Under the pieces are notes generated by a model. The model did not search any database, had not been told where the DNA came from, and was given only the letters and a program-made list of their open reading frames with translations. Below are positions 20,060-29,396 of a stretch of DNA of 64,000 bases, piece after piece. The position numbers and the translations under genes were made by a program. Position 1 is the first letter of the stretch, and the number at the start of each line of letters is the position of its first letter. Origin of the DNA: an uncultured Desulfobacter sp. (GTDB lineage: Bacteria > Desulfobacterota > Desulfobacteria > Desulfobacterales > Desulfobacteraceae); contig OY762069.1 of assembly GCA_963665095.1 (NCBI GenBank), forward strand, positions 2,880,001 through 2,944,000, written 5' to 3'.

Positions 20060-23000
20060 ATGGGGGAACACTTGAACACCGATCAGGATAACAACTGGAT
20101 CAGACTTGAAGAGGATAACACCGCCGTATATGTCAACACCGAATCTGTGGACTGGATTGTCCCCAGTGCCGCCGGAGACCGGCTGCTTCAAAAGCTTATG
20201 TCATCCAACGCACAAGGTGGGATAAGCCCGGGGACAGAATCTGCACCGGCACCCGGTAATGCGGATTTCAATAGCATCATTCGTGAGTCCCAGTTTCTAT
20301 CCTTGTTAAAATCACCAGACGTGGGGGATTACCAGGGCCGGGGCCATGCATTAACCTTAAAGTCGTTAAAAGAGTTCTGGCTGCACATCACCGACCAGTG
20401 CAACCTTGCCTGCCGCCACTGTCTTTTTTCATGTTCATCAAAGACGAGCCGGACCATGGATTTCGACACGATCTTTTCCGCGGTCAGCCAGGCGTATAAT
20501 CTGGGCACCAGGATTTTTTATCTGACCGGGGGCGAGCCCCTGATTCATCCTGATTTTCAAAAGATCTGCCGGCTGATTTTAAATGAATACCCCGACACCC
20601 TGCTTGCAATTTTAACCAACGGAATCCTGATACCGGACCACTTAAATTTTTTCAACACCTTGCCCTGTGACCGCCTGTTTCTCCAGGTCAGCCTGGACGG
20701 CCTGGAAGAGGCCAATGACCGGTTGCGGGGAGCCGGCGCCTTTGCCCGGACCACCGCCGCCCTTGAGATGCTGAAAGGATCAAATATTATCACCACCCTG
20801 TCCATGGTGGTGCATCCGGATAATTTCCATGAAATGACAAAGATGGTTGAACTCGGGGCAACGCTTTCGGTGAACGCCATCCACTACATGTGGCTCTTAA
20901 CCACGGGCCGGGCATCGAGTCAGCCCAAGGTTCCCATGGACGAGCTGTTCAATAAGTTGATTGACGCTTACGATTATGCACAAACCCACGACCTCTCCAT
21001 TGATAATATCACCAACCTTGCGGCCAGGGTCTTTTCCACCCCCGGCACCCGGTACGACCTGGGCAATGCCGGGTGGCAGTCCCTGGCACTGGATCCCGAC
21101 GGCATGATCTACCCCACTCCGGCTTTGATCGGGAGCATTGAGAACGCGTGCGGCCCGATTTCCCAGGGGCTGGAAACGGTGTGGCGCACCAGTGAGCTTC
21201 TTGAGACCTTGCGAAACCTGTCGGTGAAGGATGATCCTCTCTTTGGGGACCATCCACTGCGGTACATTGTGGGTGGCCCGGATATTGACCACAGCTTTCA
21301 TACCGGAGGCGCTTTTCTGGGCCATGACCCCTACCTGCCTTTGTACAGCCGCCTGGCATTGTGGTTAATGGTTGAATCGGCCAAGGTTACTGAAGAAGCC
21401 TTTTTTCCCCAGATCCGTCGTAAAATGGGAGAAAAACTGCTCCACTGTGAAAAGGAGGGGGAGAGCGTGGCCCTGACCCACTCCAACTGCGTACTCACCC
21501 TGGCCGATACCCACGGCGTTGTAGGGCAGTTTTATTCGGAAGCCGCCCTACAGGAGAACACGGACATCACCAATCCTGTCTGCTATCCGGATGAAGAGAT
21601 GCCTCATATTCCCAAATCTGCCAGGATTCGTTCCTATGGGTGCGGTAGCCCGGTGCTGGATGCAGGCATCTCTTTGGGGGATACTGTGGTGGATCTTGGC
21701 TGCGGCGCCGGCGTTGAGTGCTATATTGCCGCCCGGAAAACAGGCCCTTCGGGACAGGTCATAGGTATTGACATGCTGGACCACATGCTGAAGCTTGCGC
21801 GAAAATCCCTTGGAAATGTGGCCGAAAACCTGGGCTACGGGAATATCTCTTTTAAAAAAGGGTTTCTTGAACAGCTGCCCATAGCCGATCAAACCGTGGA
21901 CCTGGTCATCTCCAACTGTGTCATCAATCTCTCCCAGGATAAACGGCAGACCTTTGCCGAAGTGTTCCGTATTCTTGCTCCGGGGGGCCGGATTTTTATT
22001 TCCGATGTGGTCACTGATGAACCTTGTCCCCCTGAAATCCAGAATGATGCCGTACTCCGGGGGGCGTGTCTCTCCGGTGCCCTGGTGCAGCCCCAGCTGA
22101 TCAGCATCCTGGAGGCAACCGGGTTCAGCCGGATCAGGGTGGTAAAGCGCTTTTTTTACAAAGAGGTGTTGAACCACCGGTTTTATGCCGTTACCTATAC
22201 GGCCTTTAAGCCCAAGGCCCCTGAAAAGATAAAGGTTTTTTACCCCGGCCCCCATGCCGCAGTGATGACCGACGACGGCCAGTTGCTATTGCGCGGACAA
22301 TCGTTGCAAACTTGCCGATCCTCTGATGCCGGGGAAGACACCACGGTTTTTGAGCTGGATGATATGGGCAATGTCTCCAATATCGAGGCTGTGAATGCCT
22401 GCAGCTGCTATTTGCCTCCCACCCTGGCAGACGTGGAAGAGAACAATGTGAGCCACGAGGCACATCCCGCCCCGGAAACAGGCACCCGGTTTCAACAGGA
22501 CTGCATGCTGTGCGGCAAGCCCCTGGTCTACCTGGAAGAAGAGAGGCCCGAAGCGTGCGTCTTCTGCGGAAATCAATACCCTGCCAACGCCGTATGCGAA
22601 AAAGGCCATTTTGTCTGCGATCACTGCCATGGACAAGATATGGTGGAGGTGGTCAAACATATCTGCACCCATACCCATGCAACCGATATGATTGATCTGA
22701 TGAACCAGCTTCGGCGTCATCCGTCATTTCCCCTCCATGGCCCGGAGCATCATTTTGCCGTGCCCGGTGTCATTACAGCGGTGTATAAAAATCTGGGCGG
22801 GGATATCACAAACAGCGATATCATCAGCGCCATTGACCGGGGACGAGGGGTGCCCGGCGGTGTCTGCGCCTTCTGGGGAACCTGCGGCGCGGCTGTGGGT
22901 GCAGGAATCGCCTTTGGCGTTATTTTGAAAAGCACTCCCTTAAAGCCCCAGGCCCGGCAGATCGTCCAGCAGGTCTCCGAGGCCATTATCCACGAGCTGA

Positions 23001-23179
23001 ACAGCGTCCAGGCGGCCCGCTGCTGTCAGCGGGAGGTCTGGACAACATTCAAAACCGTGGCCCAATTGTCCGAAGTGTACCTGCCCGTGATTTTGAGAGC
23101 CTATGGGGATGTGCAATGCCGCCAGCAGGGCAAAAACAGGGAGTGCGTCCGGGACGCATGCCCCTATTTCAAGGTGTGA
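20060..23179 (+). CDS. Radical SAM + ArsM-like SAM methyltransferase + Cys-rich DUF5714-like fusion protein
   Basis: CNLACRHC and TGGEP (rSAM); SYGCGSP, VVDLGCGAG, ISNCVINLS and GACLSGA (ArsM-like); HGPEHH, GVCAFWGTCGAAVG and RCCQR (DUF5714-like). Confidence 0.85.
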   Translation: MGEHLNTDQDNNWIRLEEDNTAVYVNTESVDWIVPSAAGDRLLQKLMSSNAQGGISPGTESAPAPGNADFNSIIRESQFLSLLKSPDVGDYQGRGHALTLKSLKEFWLHITDQCNLACRHCLFSCSSKTSRTMDFDTIFSAVSQAYNLGTRIFYLTGGEPLIHPDFQKICRLILNEYPDTLLAILTNGILIPDHLNFFNTLPCDRLFLQVSLDGLEEANDRLRGAGAFARTTAALEMLKGSNIITTLSMVVHPDNFHEMTKMVELGATLSVNAIHYMWLLTTGRASSQPKVPMDELFNKLIDAYDYAQTHDLSIDNITNLAARVFSTPGTRYDLGNAGWQSLALDPDGMIYPTPALIGSIENACGPISQGLETVWRTSELLETLRNLSVKDDPLFGDHPLRYIVGGPDIDHSFHTGGAFLGHDPYLPLYSRLALWLMVESAKVTEEAFFPQIRRKMGEKLLHCEKEGESVALTHSNCVLTLADTHGVVGQFYSEAALQENTDITNPVCYPDEEMPHIPKSARIRSYGCGSPVLDAGISLGDTVVDLGCGAGVECYIAARKTGPSGQVIGIDMLDHMLKLARKSLGNVAENLGYGNISFKKGFLEQLPIADQTVDLVISNCVINLSQDKRQTFAEVFRILAPGGRIFISDVVTDEPCPPEIQNDAVLRGACLSGALVQPQLISILEATGFSRIRVVKRFFYKEVLNHRFYAVTYTAFKPKAPEKIKVFYPGPHAAVMTDDGQLLLRGQSLQTCRSSDAGEDTTVFELDDMGNVSNIEAVNACSCYLPPTLADVEENNVSHEAHPAPETGTRFQQDCMLCGKPLVYLEEERPEACVFCGNQYPANAVCEKGHFVCDHCHGQDMVEVVKHICTHTHATDMIDLMNQLRRHPSFPLHGPEHHFAVPGVITAVYKNLGGDITNSDIISAIDRGRGVPGGVCAFWGTCGAAVGAGIAFGVILKSTPLKPQARQIVQQVSEAIIHELNSVQAARCCQREVWTTFKTVAQLSEVYLPVILRAYGDVQCRQQGKNRECVRDACPYFKV

Positions 23180-23180
23180 A

Positions 23181-23849
23181 ATGACGGCAACCAACGCTGT
23201 CATTGTGTTCATCAAATCCCCGGAAAAGGGCTGGGTCAAAACCCGGCTGGCAAAGGGGGTGGGGCAGACGGCCGCGCTTGAACTATACCGCTGCTTTGTG
23301 ATGGATGTGCTGGATATGGTTCAATCAACCCCCTGGGCATTGCGGGTGTATTACTACCCGGGAAACGCCTCTGACCGCATCCGGTCCTGGCTGGGAGACG
23401 ATCTGGAACTTTTCCCACAAAGGGGTGCTACCCTGGGAGATAAAATGGATAATGCCCTGGCCGACACCTTTGCCGCAGGATTTAAGCGCGCCGTTCTCAT
23501 CGGGTCTGATTTGCCGGATCTGCCCTCCGGTATAATTGATAAGGCCTTTAAGGGCCTGGAACAATGCAGTGCGGCCATCGGCCCAAGCCGGGACGGCGGA
23601 TATTATCTCATCGGGTTTACGGCCGGTGGATTCACCCCGCAAATATTTAATGGCATTGCCTGGGGAACCAGTGAGGTTTTTGATCTGACCCTGAAAGTAT
23701 TCAAGCAACATCGTGTGTCACACTATACTCTGCCCATGTGGCAAGACATTGACACCCGGGAGGACTTAAGCTTTCTCAAACGTGACCCGGATTCTGAAAC
23801 AGCCGGTCACACGATCGATTATCTTCTAAAACAAGGAGGGCATTTTTGA
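23181..23849 (+). CDS. TIGR04282-like (CofC-like, DUF2064) glycosyl/nucleotidyltransferase
   Basis: FIKSPEKGWVKTRL, QRGATLG, LIGSDLP, GPSRDGGYYLIG and DIDT. Confidence 0.9.
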   Translation: MTATNAVIVFIKSPEKGWVKTRLAKGVGQTAALELYRCFVMDVLDMVQSTPWALRVYYYPGNASDRIRSWLGDDLELFPQRGATLGDKMDNALADTFAAGFKRAVLIGSDLPDLPSGIIDKAFKGLEQCSAAIGPSRDGGYYLIGFTAGGFTPQIFNGIAWGTSEVFDLTLKVFKQHRVSHYTLPMWQDIDTREDLSFLKRDPDSETAGHTIDYLLKQGGHF

Positions 23850-24604
23850 GGCTGCAAAAACAAATGTGGATGGCGGTAGGCGTGATCATGGTGCTGCAGA
23901 CCGCCGTTGTACTCAGTGCTGAATCCATCATCACAGTTGGCGATTTTTCCCGGGCAAACACAGGAGAAATTTTGCCCCAAAACTGGGAGCCTTTGACATT
24001 TAAAAAGATAAAGGCACATACCGTCTACGAGATGGTTGAAGACCAGGGCCGAACCGTAATCAAAGCCCACAGTCAGGCATCCGCTTCAGGACTGATCCGC
24101 AAAATCGCCATTGATGTGAAAAAATACCCCATGGTTCAATGGCGATGGAAAATCACCCAGGTTAATGAGAAAAGCGATGTCACCCAAAAAAACGGGGATG
24201 ATTATCCGGCTCGCGTCTATGTAGCCTTCGTATATGACCCTGAAAAGGCCGGCATCTGGGAAAAAGCCCGGTTCAAAACCGCCCGCCTGATCTACGGCGA
24301 GTATCCGCCGGCAACCGTGGTGACCTATATCTGGGCCAACCGGGTCCCCAAAGAGACCCGGGTCCCCAACCCCTATGTCAAGGAAGTGATGATGATTGCC
24401 GTTCAAAGCGGCAAAGACAAGGCAGGCACCTGGGTCACCGAGGAGCGCAATATCTACCAGGACTATCTGGATAGCTTCGGGCATCCGCCCCCCATGACTT
24501 CGGGCGTGGCCATCATGACCGACACGGACAATACAGGGCAGACCTCAACCGCCTTTTACGGGGATATTTTTTTTAAATCAGCTTCCGGAGCCCCAACCCA
24601 ATGA
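23846..24604 (+). CDS. DUF3047 family exported protein
   Basis: Signal peptide; WRWKI, GDDYPARVYVAF, YIWAN, EERNIYQDY and AIMTDTDNTG. Confidence 0.88.
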   Translation: MRLQKQMWMAVGVIMVLQTAVVLSAESIITVGDFSRANTGEILPQNWEPLTFKKIKAHTVYEMVEDQGRTVIKAHSQASASGLIRKIAIDVKKYPMVQWRWKITQVNEKSDVTQKNGDDYPARVYVAFVYDPEKAGIWEKARFKTARLIYGEYPPATVVTYIWANRVPKETRVPNPYVKEVMMIAVQSGKDKAGTWVTEERNIYQDYLDSFGHPPPMTSGVAIMTDTDNTGQTSTAFYGDIFFKSASGAPTQ

Positions 24605-25293
24605 AGCCCGTGATCTGCGTTATTATACCGGTATACAACGAGGAGGATCGCATCAACCAGACCATTGCCGACCTTAAAACAGCTGCAGCACAGATGTTGT
24701 GGAATACAGAAATTATTGTGGTAGACGGCGACACTGAAAAAAGCACCCTTAAAGCGATCAATGACCCGGACATTATAAAAACAGCATCTCCGCCAGGCCG
24801 GGGCGTACAGATGAACCAAGGCGCCCGGGCCGCAACCGCAGACCTGCTGTTGTTTCTCCATGCCGATACTGTTCTGCCTGCCAATGCACTCAAAACAATT
24901 TTGAATGCCTGCCGAGACAAAGATGTCGCTGCCGGTGCATTTGACCTGGCCATTGCTGCCACCCATCCATGTTTTCGCATCATCGAAAAAGTGGCCTCCC
25001 TGCGGTCCCGGACCACCCGGATCCCCTTTGGCGACCAGGCCTTGTTCTTTAAAACGGAATGCTTTTGGGCATTGGGAGGATATAAACCGATTTCACTGAT
25101 GGAGGATGTGGACATCATGCTCAGACTTAAGAAAAAGGGCTGCCGGATCCGCTTCATTTCAGAACCGGTGCAAACCTCGGCCCGGCGTTGGAAAAAAGAA
25201 GGCATGATATACACAACCATCCGCAACTGGATGCTTCAACTGTTCTTTTATACCGGGGTCAGCCCTGAAAAGTTAAAAGCATACTATAACTGA
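24601..25293 (+). CDS. TIGR04283-like GT2 glycosyltransferase
   Basis: VIIPVYNEE, GRGVQMNQGA, LFLHADT, PFGDQALF, LMEDV and TSARRW. Confidence 0.92.
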   Translation: MKPVICVIIPVYNEEDRINQTIADLKTAAAQMLWNTEIIVVDGDTEKSTLKAINDPDIIKTASPPGRGVQMNQGARAATADLLLFLHADTVLPANALKTILNACRDKDVAAGAFDLAIAATHPCFRIIEKVASLRSRTTRIPFGDQALFFKTECFWALGGYKPISLMEDVDIMLRLKKKGCRIRFISEPVQTSARRWKKEGMIYTTIRNWMLQLFFYTGVSPEKLKAYYN

Positions 25294-25656
25294 AAAAACT
25301 CAAATAGATTTACCGACCCGGACCGGTCACCGTCAATTAAAGCTCATCTCCCATATCGGCTCAAAATTTGGTGGATAAGAGATTTCGGGAAATCGTTCAA
25401 TCATAGGTCAACGTTTTTATGTCCAAAATAAATGGGGGCTATAACTCTGCGGCAGGGTCGGGCCAAACATAATGTCATAAATTTAGCAACTTAAAACATA
25501 AAAATGCTTAGAAATGGCCCTATAATCGCTTTTTGAGGACCCAAAAGGGCCATATAGAAAAAAAGAAGGACATCCAACAATCAAAATGCTGTCGGACAAG
25601 CCGCAGATTTTAGTGGTTGTCTTTCAAGATTGTAATTACTGCTCCCAAAAAATGCA

Positions 25657-25741
25657 TGACTATTTTACAAAAGTATCGATTTTTATGATTGACTTTGTTC
25701 CAAAAAAATCAGATAAAATAGCTTACTTTATGACAAAAATA
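25657..25741 (+). repeat. Three imperfect direct repeats with 33-bp period
   Basis: TGACTATTTTACAAAA (25657), TGACTTTGTTCCAAAA (25690), TTACTTTATGACAAAA (25723). Confidence 0.5.
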
Positions 25742-25754
25742 AGATGTGGATGCA

Positions 25755-27125
25755 ATGTTCGATCGGGATATTTTAAAAAGCTTATCACACTGGAAAGAAA
25801 AAAAAGACCGAAAACCATTGATTTTGAGAGGTGCAAGGCAAGTGGGGAAAACCACAGCCATCAGCCTTTTTTCAGAACAGTTCGATCACTATCTGTACCT
25901 GAACCTTGAAATTAAATCCGAGCGGGATATCTTTGAAAAGGACTATTCCATTGAAGAACTGCTCCAGGCCATTTTCTTCTATAAAAATCAGCAAACTCCT
26001 ACAGGCTCTGTTTTAATATTCATAGATGAAATCCAGAACTGTGCGTCAGCAGTTTCCTATCTCAGATATTTTTATGAAGTATTTCCAGATCTGCATGTTA
26101 TCGCAGCCGGATCTCTTTTAGAAACACTGATTGATACACATATCAGTTTCCCGGTTGGCAGGGTGGAATACCTTGTGATGAAGCCATTAAGCTTTAAAGA
26201 ATTTTTAAACGCAGTATCAGAAACAGCCAGCCTGGATATTCTCAATAAAACCGCTCCTGTTCCTGATTTTGCACACGACAAACTTTTGAAATTATTCAAT
26301 ACCTACACAATTATCGGGGGGATGCCGGAAATTGTTCAGAAATATTCCGATAAAAAAGACATCCTTGCACTCAACAGTATATATGACAGCTTAATTGTCT
26401 CTTATCTTGACGACGTTGAGAAATATGCCCGAAACAGAACAATGGCAAATGTAATTCGCCATGCCGTTTCACATGCATTCTATGAAGCAGGCAACAGGAT
26501 TAAATTCCAGGGTTTTGGCAATTCCAATTACAAATCAAGAGAGATGAGTGAGGCATTAAAGGTTTTGGAAAAAGCCATGTTAATCTACCTTATATATCCG
26601 TCTTCCTCTGTCTTCCCCCCTTTGCAGCCTAATACAAAAAAATCGCCAAGGCTTCAAGTGCTTGACACCGGCATGCTCAATTATTTCGGCGGATTTCAAA
26701 AAGATCTGTTTGGAGCCAATGGCATTGATTCTGTTTATCAAGGTAAAATAGCAGAACATATTGTCGGACAGGAACTTCTTGCGGCCGAAACATCTGCTCT
26801 ATTCAAATTGAAATTTTGGAACCGGGAAAAAAAGCAATCCAATGCCGAAGTCGATTTCCTGATTCAATATGAAAACCTGCTCATACCCATTGAGGTGAAA
26901 TCTGCTGCAACCGGACGACTTAGGTCCCTTCATCAGTTCATAGACCGGGCCCCTCACCAATATGCTGTGAGGATTTATTCTGGAAAATTGGAAATAAATC
27001 GGATTGCAACGCTGAACGGGAACGAATTTACCCTGTTAAACCTTCCGTTTTATTTAGTCGGATCTCTTACTGCTTATATCCAGTGGTTGATATCCAATGA
27101 CAGGATGGTTCAAAAAACCAAATAA
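25755..27125 (+). CDS. AAA_14 ATPase with DUF4143 / PD-(D/E)XK-like C-terminus
   Basis: Walker A GARQVGKT, Walker B IFIDEIQ, GGMPE and AEVDF...IPIEVKS. Confidence 0.9.
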   Translation: MFDRDILKSLSHWKEKKDRKPLILRGARQVGKTTAISLFSEQFDHYLYLNLEIKSERDIFEKDYSIEELLQAIFFYKNQQTPTGSVLIFIDEIQNCASAVSYLRYFYEVFPDLHVIAAGSLLETLIDTHISFPVGRVEYLVMKPLSFKEFLNAVSETASLDILNKTAPVPDFAHDKLLKLFNTYTIIGGMPEIVQKYSDKKDILALNSIYDSLIVSYLDDVEKYARNRTMANVIRHAVSHAFYEAGNRIKFQGFGNSNYKSREMSEALKVLEKAMLIYLIYPSSSVFPPLQPNTKKSPRLQVLDTGMLNYFGGFQKDLFGANGIDSVYQGKIAEHIVGQELLAAETSALFKLKFWNREKKQSNAEVDFLIQYENLLIPIEVKSAATGRLRSLHQFIDRAPHQYAVRIYSGKLEINRIATLNGNEFTLLNLPFYLVGSLTAYIQWLISNDRMVQKTK

Positions 27126-27239
27126 ACCGGGCAAACCGGCTATTTGAACATGTTAACATGTTGAATTTGTTTTAATAAGTCCTTAGATCCCGGATTTGAA
27201 GCCGACTACAATATTGGGTCTTGACCGTGTTTTCAACAA

Positions 27240-27275
27240 AGCCCCTTGCAGAAATGCAAATTTCTGTAAGGGGCT
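27240..27275. terminator. Long hairpin between convergent genes
   Basis: agccccttgcagaaat-gcaa-atttctgtaaggggct; U-tract follows on the minus strand. Confidence 0.7.
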
Positions 27276-27281
27276 ATTGTG

Positions 27282-28406
27282 CTAAAGCGTTTTTTCTATG
27301 GCCTGAAATTTTTTCATGAATTTTACGTCAATATAATTTTTGATCCAGAACGCCGGTTTCCCGCTGAACACGATCCCTCTTTTTTTCAACACACCCTGGT
27401 TTCCGCCAAGGTTGAAAATTAAGAGGTATTCCGGACCCGGATCAAACACCAACAAAGGACTTCCTTCAAGCTGGGCAAACAGGTTGTTCAGCAGCACCGG
27501 ATTTTGCCGGACCGCATAGACGCCTACCTTGTCTAAGGGTTGATCCTCAAAACAGATACAGTCCCCGCCCCCGAAGATATCCGGATATTCCACGCTCTGC
27601 AGAAATTTGTTCACCAGAAGCCCCTTGTCCGGGCCAACAGGCAGGCCGGATGCTTCAAAGATTTTTGACGGCTTCACGCCGGAGGCAAGAAAGGTAAAAT
27701 CTGTGGCAAGGGTTTCGCCTGAATCCATGAAAATGGATTCAGCCTTTATTTGTTTTACATACCCGGTTTCAAGAATCCGGATCCCCCTTTTTTTAAGGAC
27801 ACGGACCACACGGCCCCGAACGCTTTCAGGAAACCTGCCCATAAATCGTTTGCCTGCAAGGATCTTTATTTCCGGCATGTTTTGATTCGCCTGTTTTGCC
27901 AACTGCCAGACGTTTCCTGCCACTTCTGCCGAGGAAGGGCCGCCGCCGACGATGGTTACCACGGCCTTTTTCCTTTCAACAAGAATTTTAAGCTTTTCTG
28001 CCGCTTCCATCAGCTTTTCAATGGGCTTGACCGGATAGATATTTTCCGCATTTTCAGGCAGGTCCTCCATGGAAACATAGGATCCTGCATTGACGGAAAG
28101 CACATCATACTCCACGCTTCGGCCGCCGGCGGTATGAACCGTTTTTCCCGCAGGATCAATACGGGTCACATAATCCTTTACAAACACACCGCCCTGTTTG
28201 CTCACAACATCACGGGTGGCGAAACGAATGTCCGAAGGGGTGTATGTCCCGCCCAGCATACCCGGTCCCATGCCGGAATAGTAATGGTGGAAGGACGGAC
28301 CGATCACGGACACCTCATATCCCTTTTCAACAAACCGGGAAATATTCTCAAGCGCGGTCATGTGGGCATGGCCGCCGCCGACCAGAACCAGCTTTTTTTT
28401 CATCAT
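27282..28406 (-). CDS. FAD/NAD(P)-dependent oxidoreductase similar to the domain found N-terminal to SelD
   Basis: LVLVGGGHAH, YSGMGPG, IFGGGDC, KVGVYAVRQ and WIKNYIDVKFM. Confidence 0.85.
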   Translation of the reverse strand: MMKKKLVLVGGGHAHMTALENISRFVEKGYEVSVIGPSFHHYYSGMGPGMLGGTYTPSDIRFATRDVVSKQGGVFVKDYVTRIDPAGKTVHTAGGRSVEYDVLSVNAGSYVSMEDLPENAENIYPVKPIEKLMEAAEKLKILVERKKAVVTIVGGGPSSAEVAGNVWQLAKQANQNMPEIKILAGKRFMGRFPESVRGRVVRVLKKRGIRILETGYVKQIKAESIFMDSGETLATDFTFLASGVKPSKIFEASGLPVGPDKGLLVNKFLQSVEYPDIFGGGDCICFEDQPLDKVGVYAVRQNPVLLNNLFAQLEGSPLLVFDPGPEYLLIFNLGGNQGVLKKRGIVFSGKPAFWIKNYIDVKFMKKFQAIEKTL

Positions 28407-28413
28407 CCCTTCC

Positions 28414-29250
28414 TTATAGTGAATCCATCAGTTTGCCTAGGCTCTTTATGTGGGCTTTTTCTTCATTGGCGATTTTTTGAATCATCTGTTTTGACGCAGA
28501 ACTGTCGACCCTCATTTCAACACGCTGGTAAAGATCTAAGGCCTGGGCTTCAATGGACATGGCAAGGGAGATCACATCCGTTTCCTTTTCAAGATCCGGA
28601 CTGAACAGCTCAAGGTACTGTTCCGTGGAAAGACCGCCCTCCAGAGATTTTACCTCCACCATGGCCTGAAAATCTTTTTCGGAAGTCTTTTCCTTTTCTC
28701 CACCAATATCCAGATATGTCTGAAAAATGGCCCTTTGATGGCTCAACTCGATCTCAGCAAGTTTTGCAAACAGGTCTTTCACCCTGGGGTTGGTCGTCTG
28801 TGAGCCCAGGGTCAGATAAAAATCTCTCAAGCCCTGTTCAAGGGAGTAGGCGACCTTGAGAATTTCTGCCGGATCTTCTTTTCCGGAAAACAGATCCAAA
28901 CCTAACTCCTGGGGACCCACAGCGATCTGCGATTCCCACGCCTTGATGCCGCCGGCAACATTAATTACCTGTTTAAATCCCTTGCCCGCCAGCATCTGGG
29001 CCGCAACCCGGGATCGTCCGCCAATGGCACAGTACACCAGGGTGGGCTTTTCCGGTTCGAGTTCATCCAGCCGGTCTGAAAGCGTGGATAAAGGGATCAG
29101 GACCGCACCTGGAATATGGCTCTTTTCATATTCAGAGGGCTGACGGACATCAAGAATGGTGATCTCTTCGCCTGGATGTGTTGAGATAAACTCTTTTGCC
29201 TGCCCGGTATCCATTGATTTGGCGGGCGTAAAAAATTGGAGCCATTTCAT
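28414..29250 (-). CDS. Rhodanese + rubrerythrin/ferritin-like fusion
   Basis: LDVRQPSEY..SHIPGA and active-site YCAIGGRS; two E...Y...ExxH helical pairs; RBS AAGGAGG. Confidence 0.88.
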   Translation of the reverse strand: MKWLQFFTPAKSMDTGQAKEFISTHPGEEITILDVRQPSEYEKSHIPGAVLIPLSTLSDRLDELEPEKPTLVYCAIGGRSRVAAQMLAGKGFKQVINVAGGIKAWESQIAVGPQELGLDLFSGKEDPAEILKVAYSLEQGLRDFYLTLGSQTTNPRVKDLFAKLAEIELSHQRAIFQTYLDIGGEKEKTSEKDFQAMVEVKSLEGGLSTEQYLELFSPDLEKETDVISLAMSIEAQALDLYQRVEMRVDSSASKQMIQKIANEEKAHIKSLGKLMDSL

Positions 29251-29396
29251 GCGGGACCTCCTTTAATGCTACTTGTTGAATCGGATGGTAAAGCTATCGG
29301 TAGATAGTTATCTTAAAATAATTTTTTTGGCAATGATTCGCAAGCGCAGATCACCTGCCAGGGTTTATATATCTATACTGAGCATGAACCTGGCAG

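Noticed and set aside
19063..20079. 338-aa antisense ORF
   Set aside because: Shadow of the well-supported flavoprotein on the + strand; no motifs
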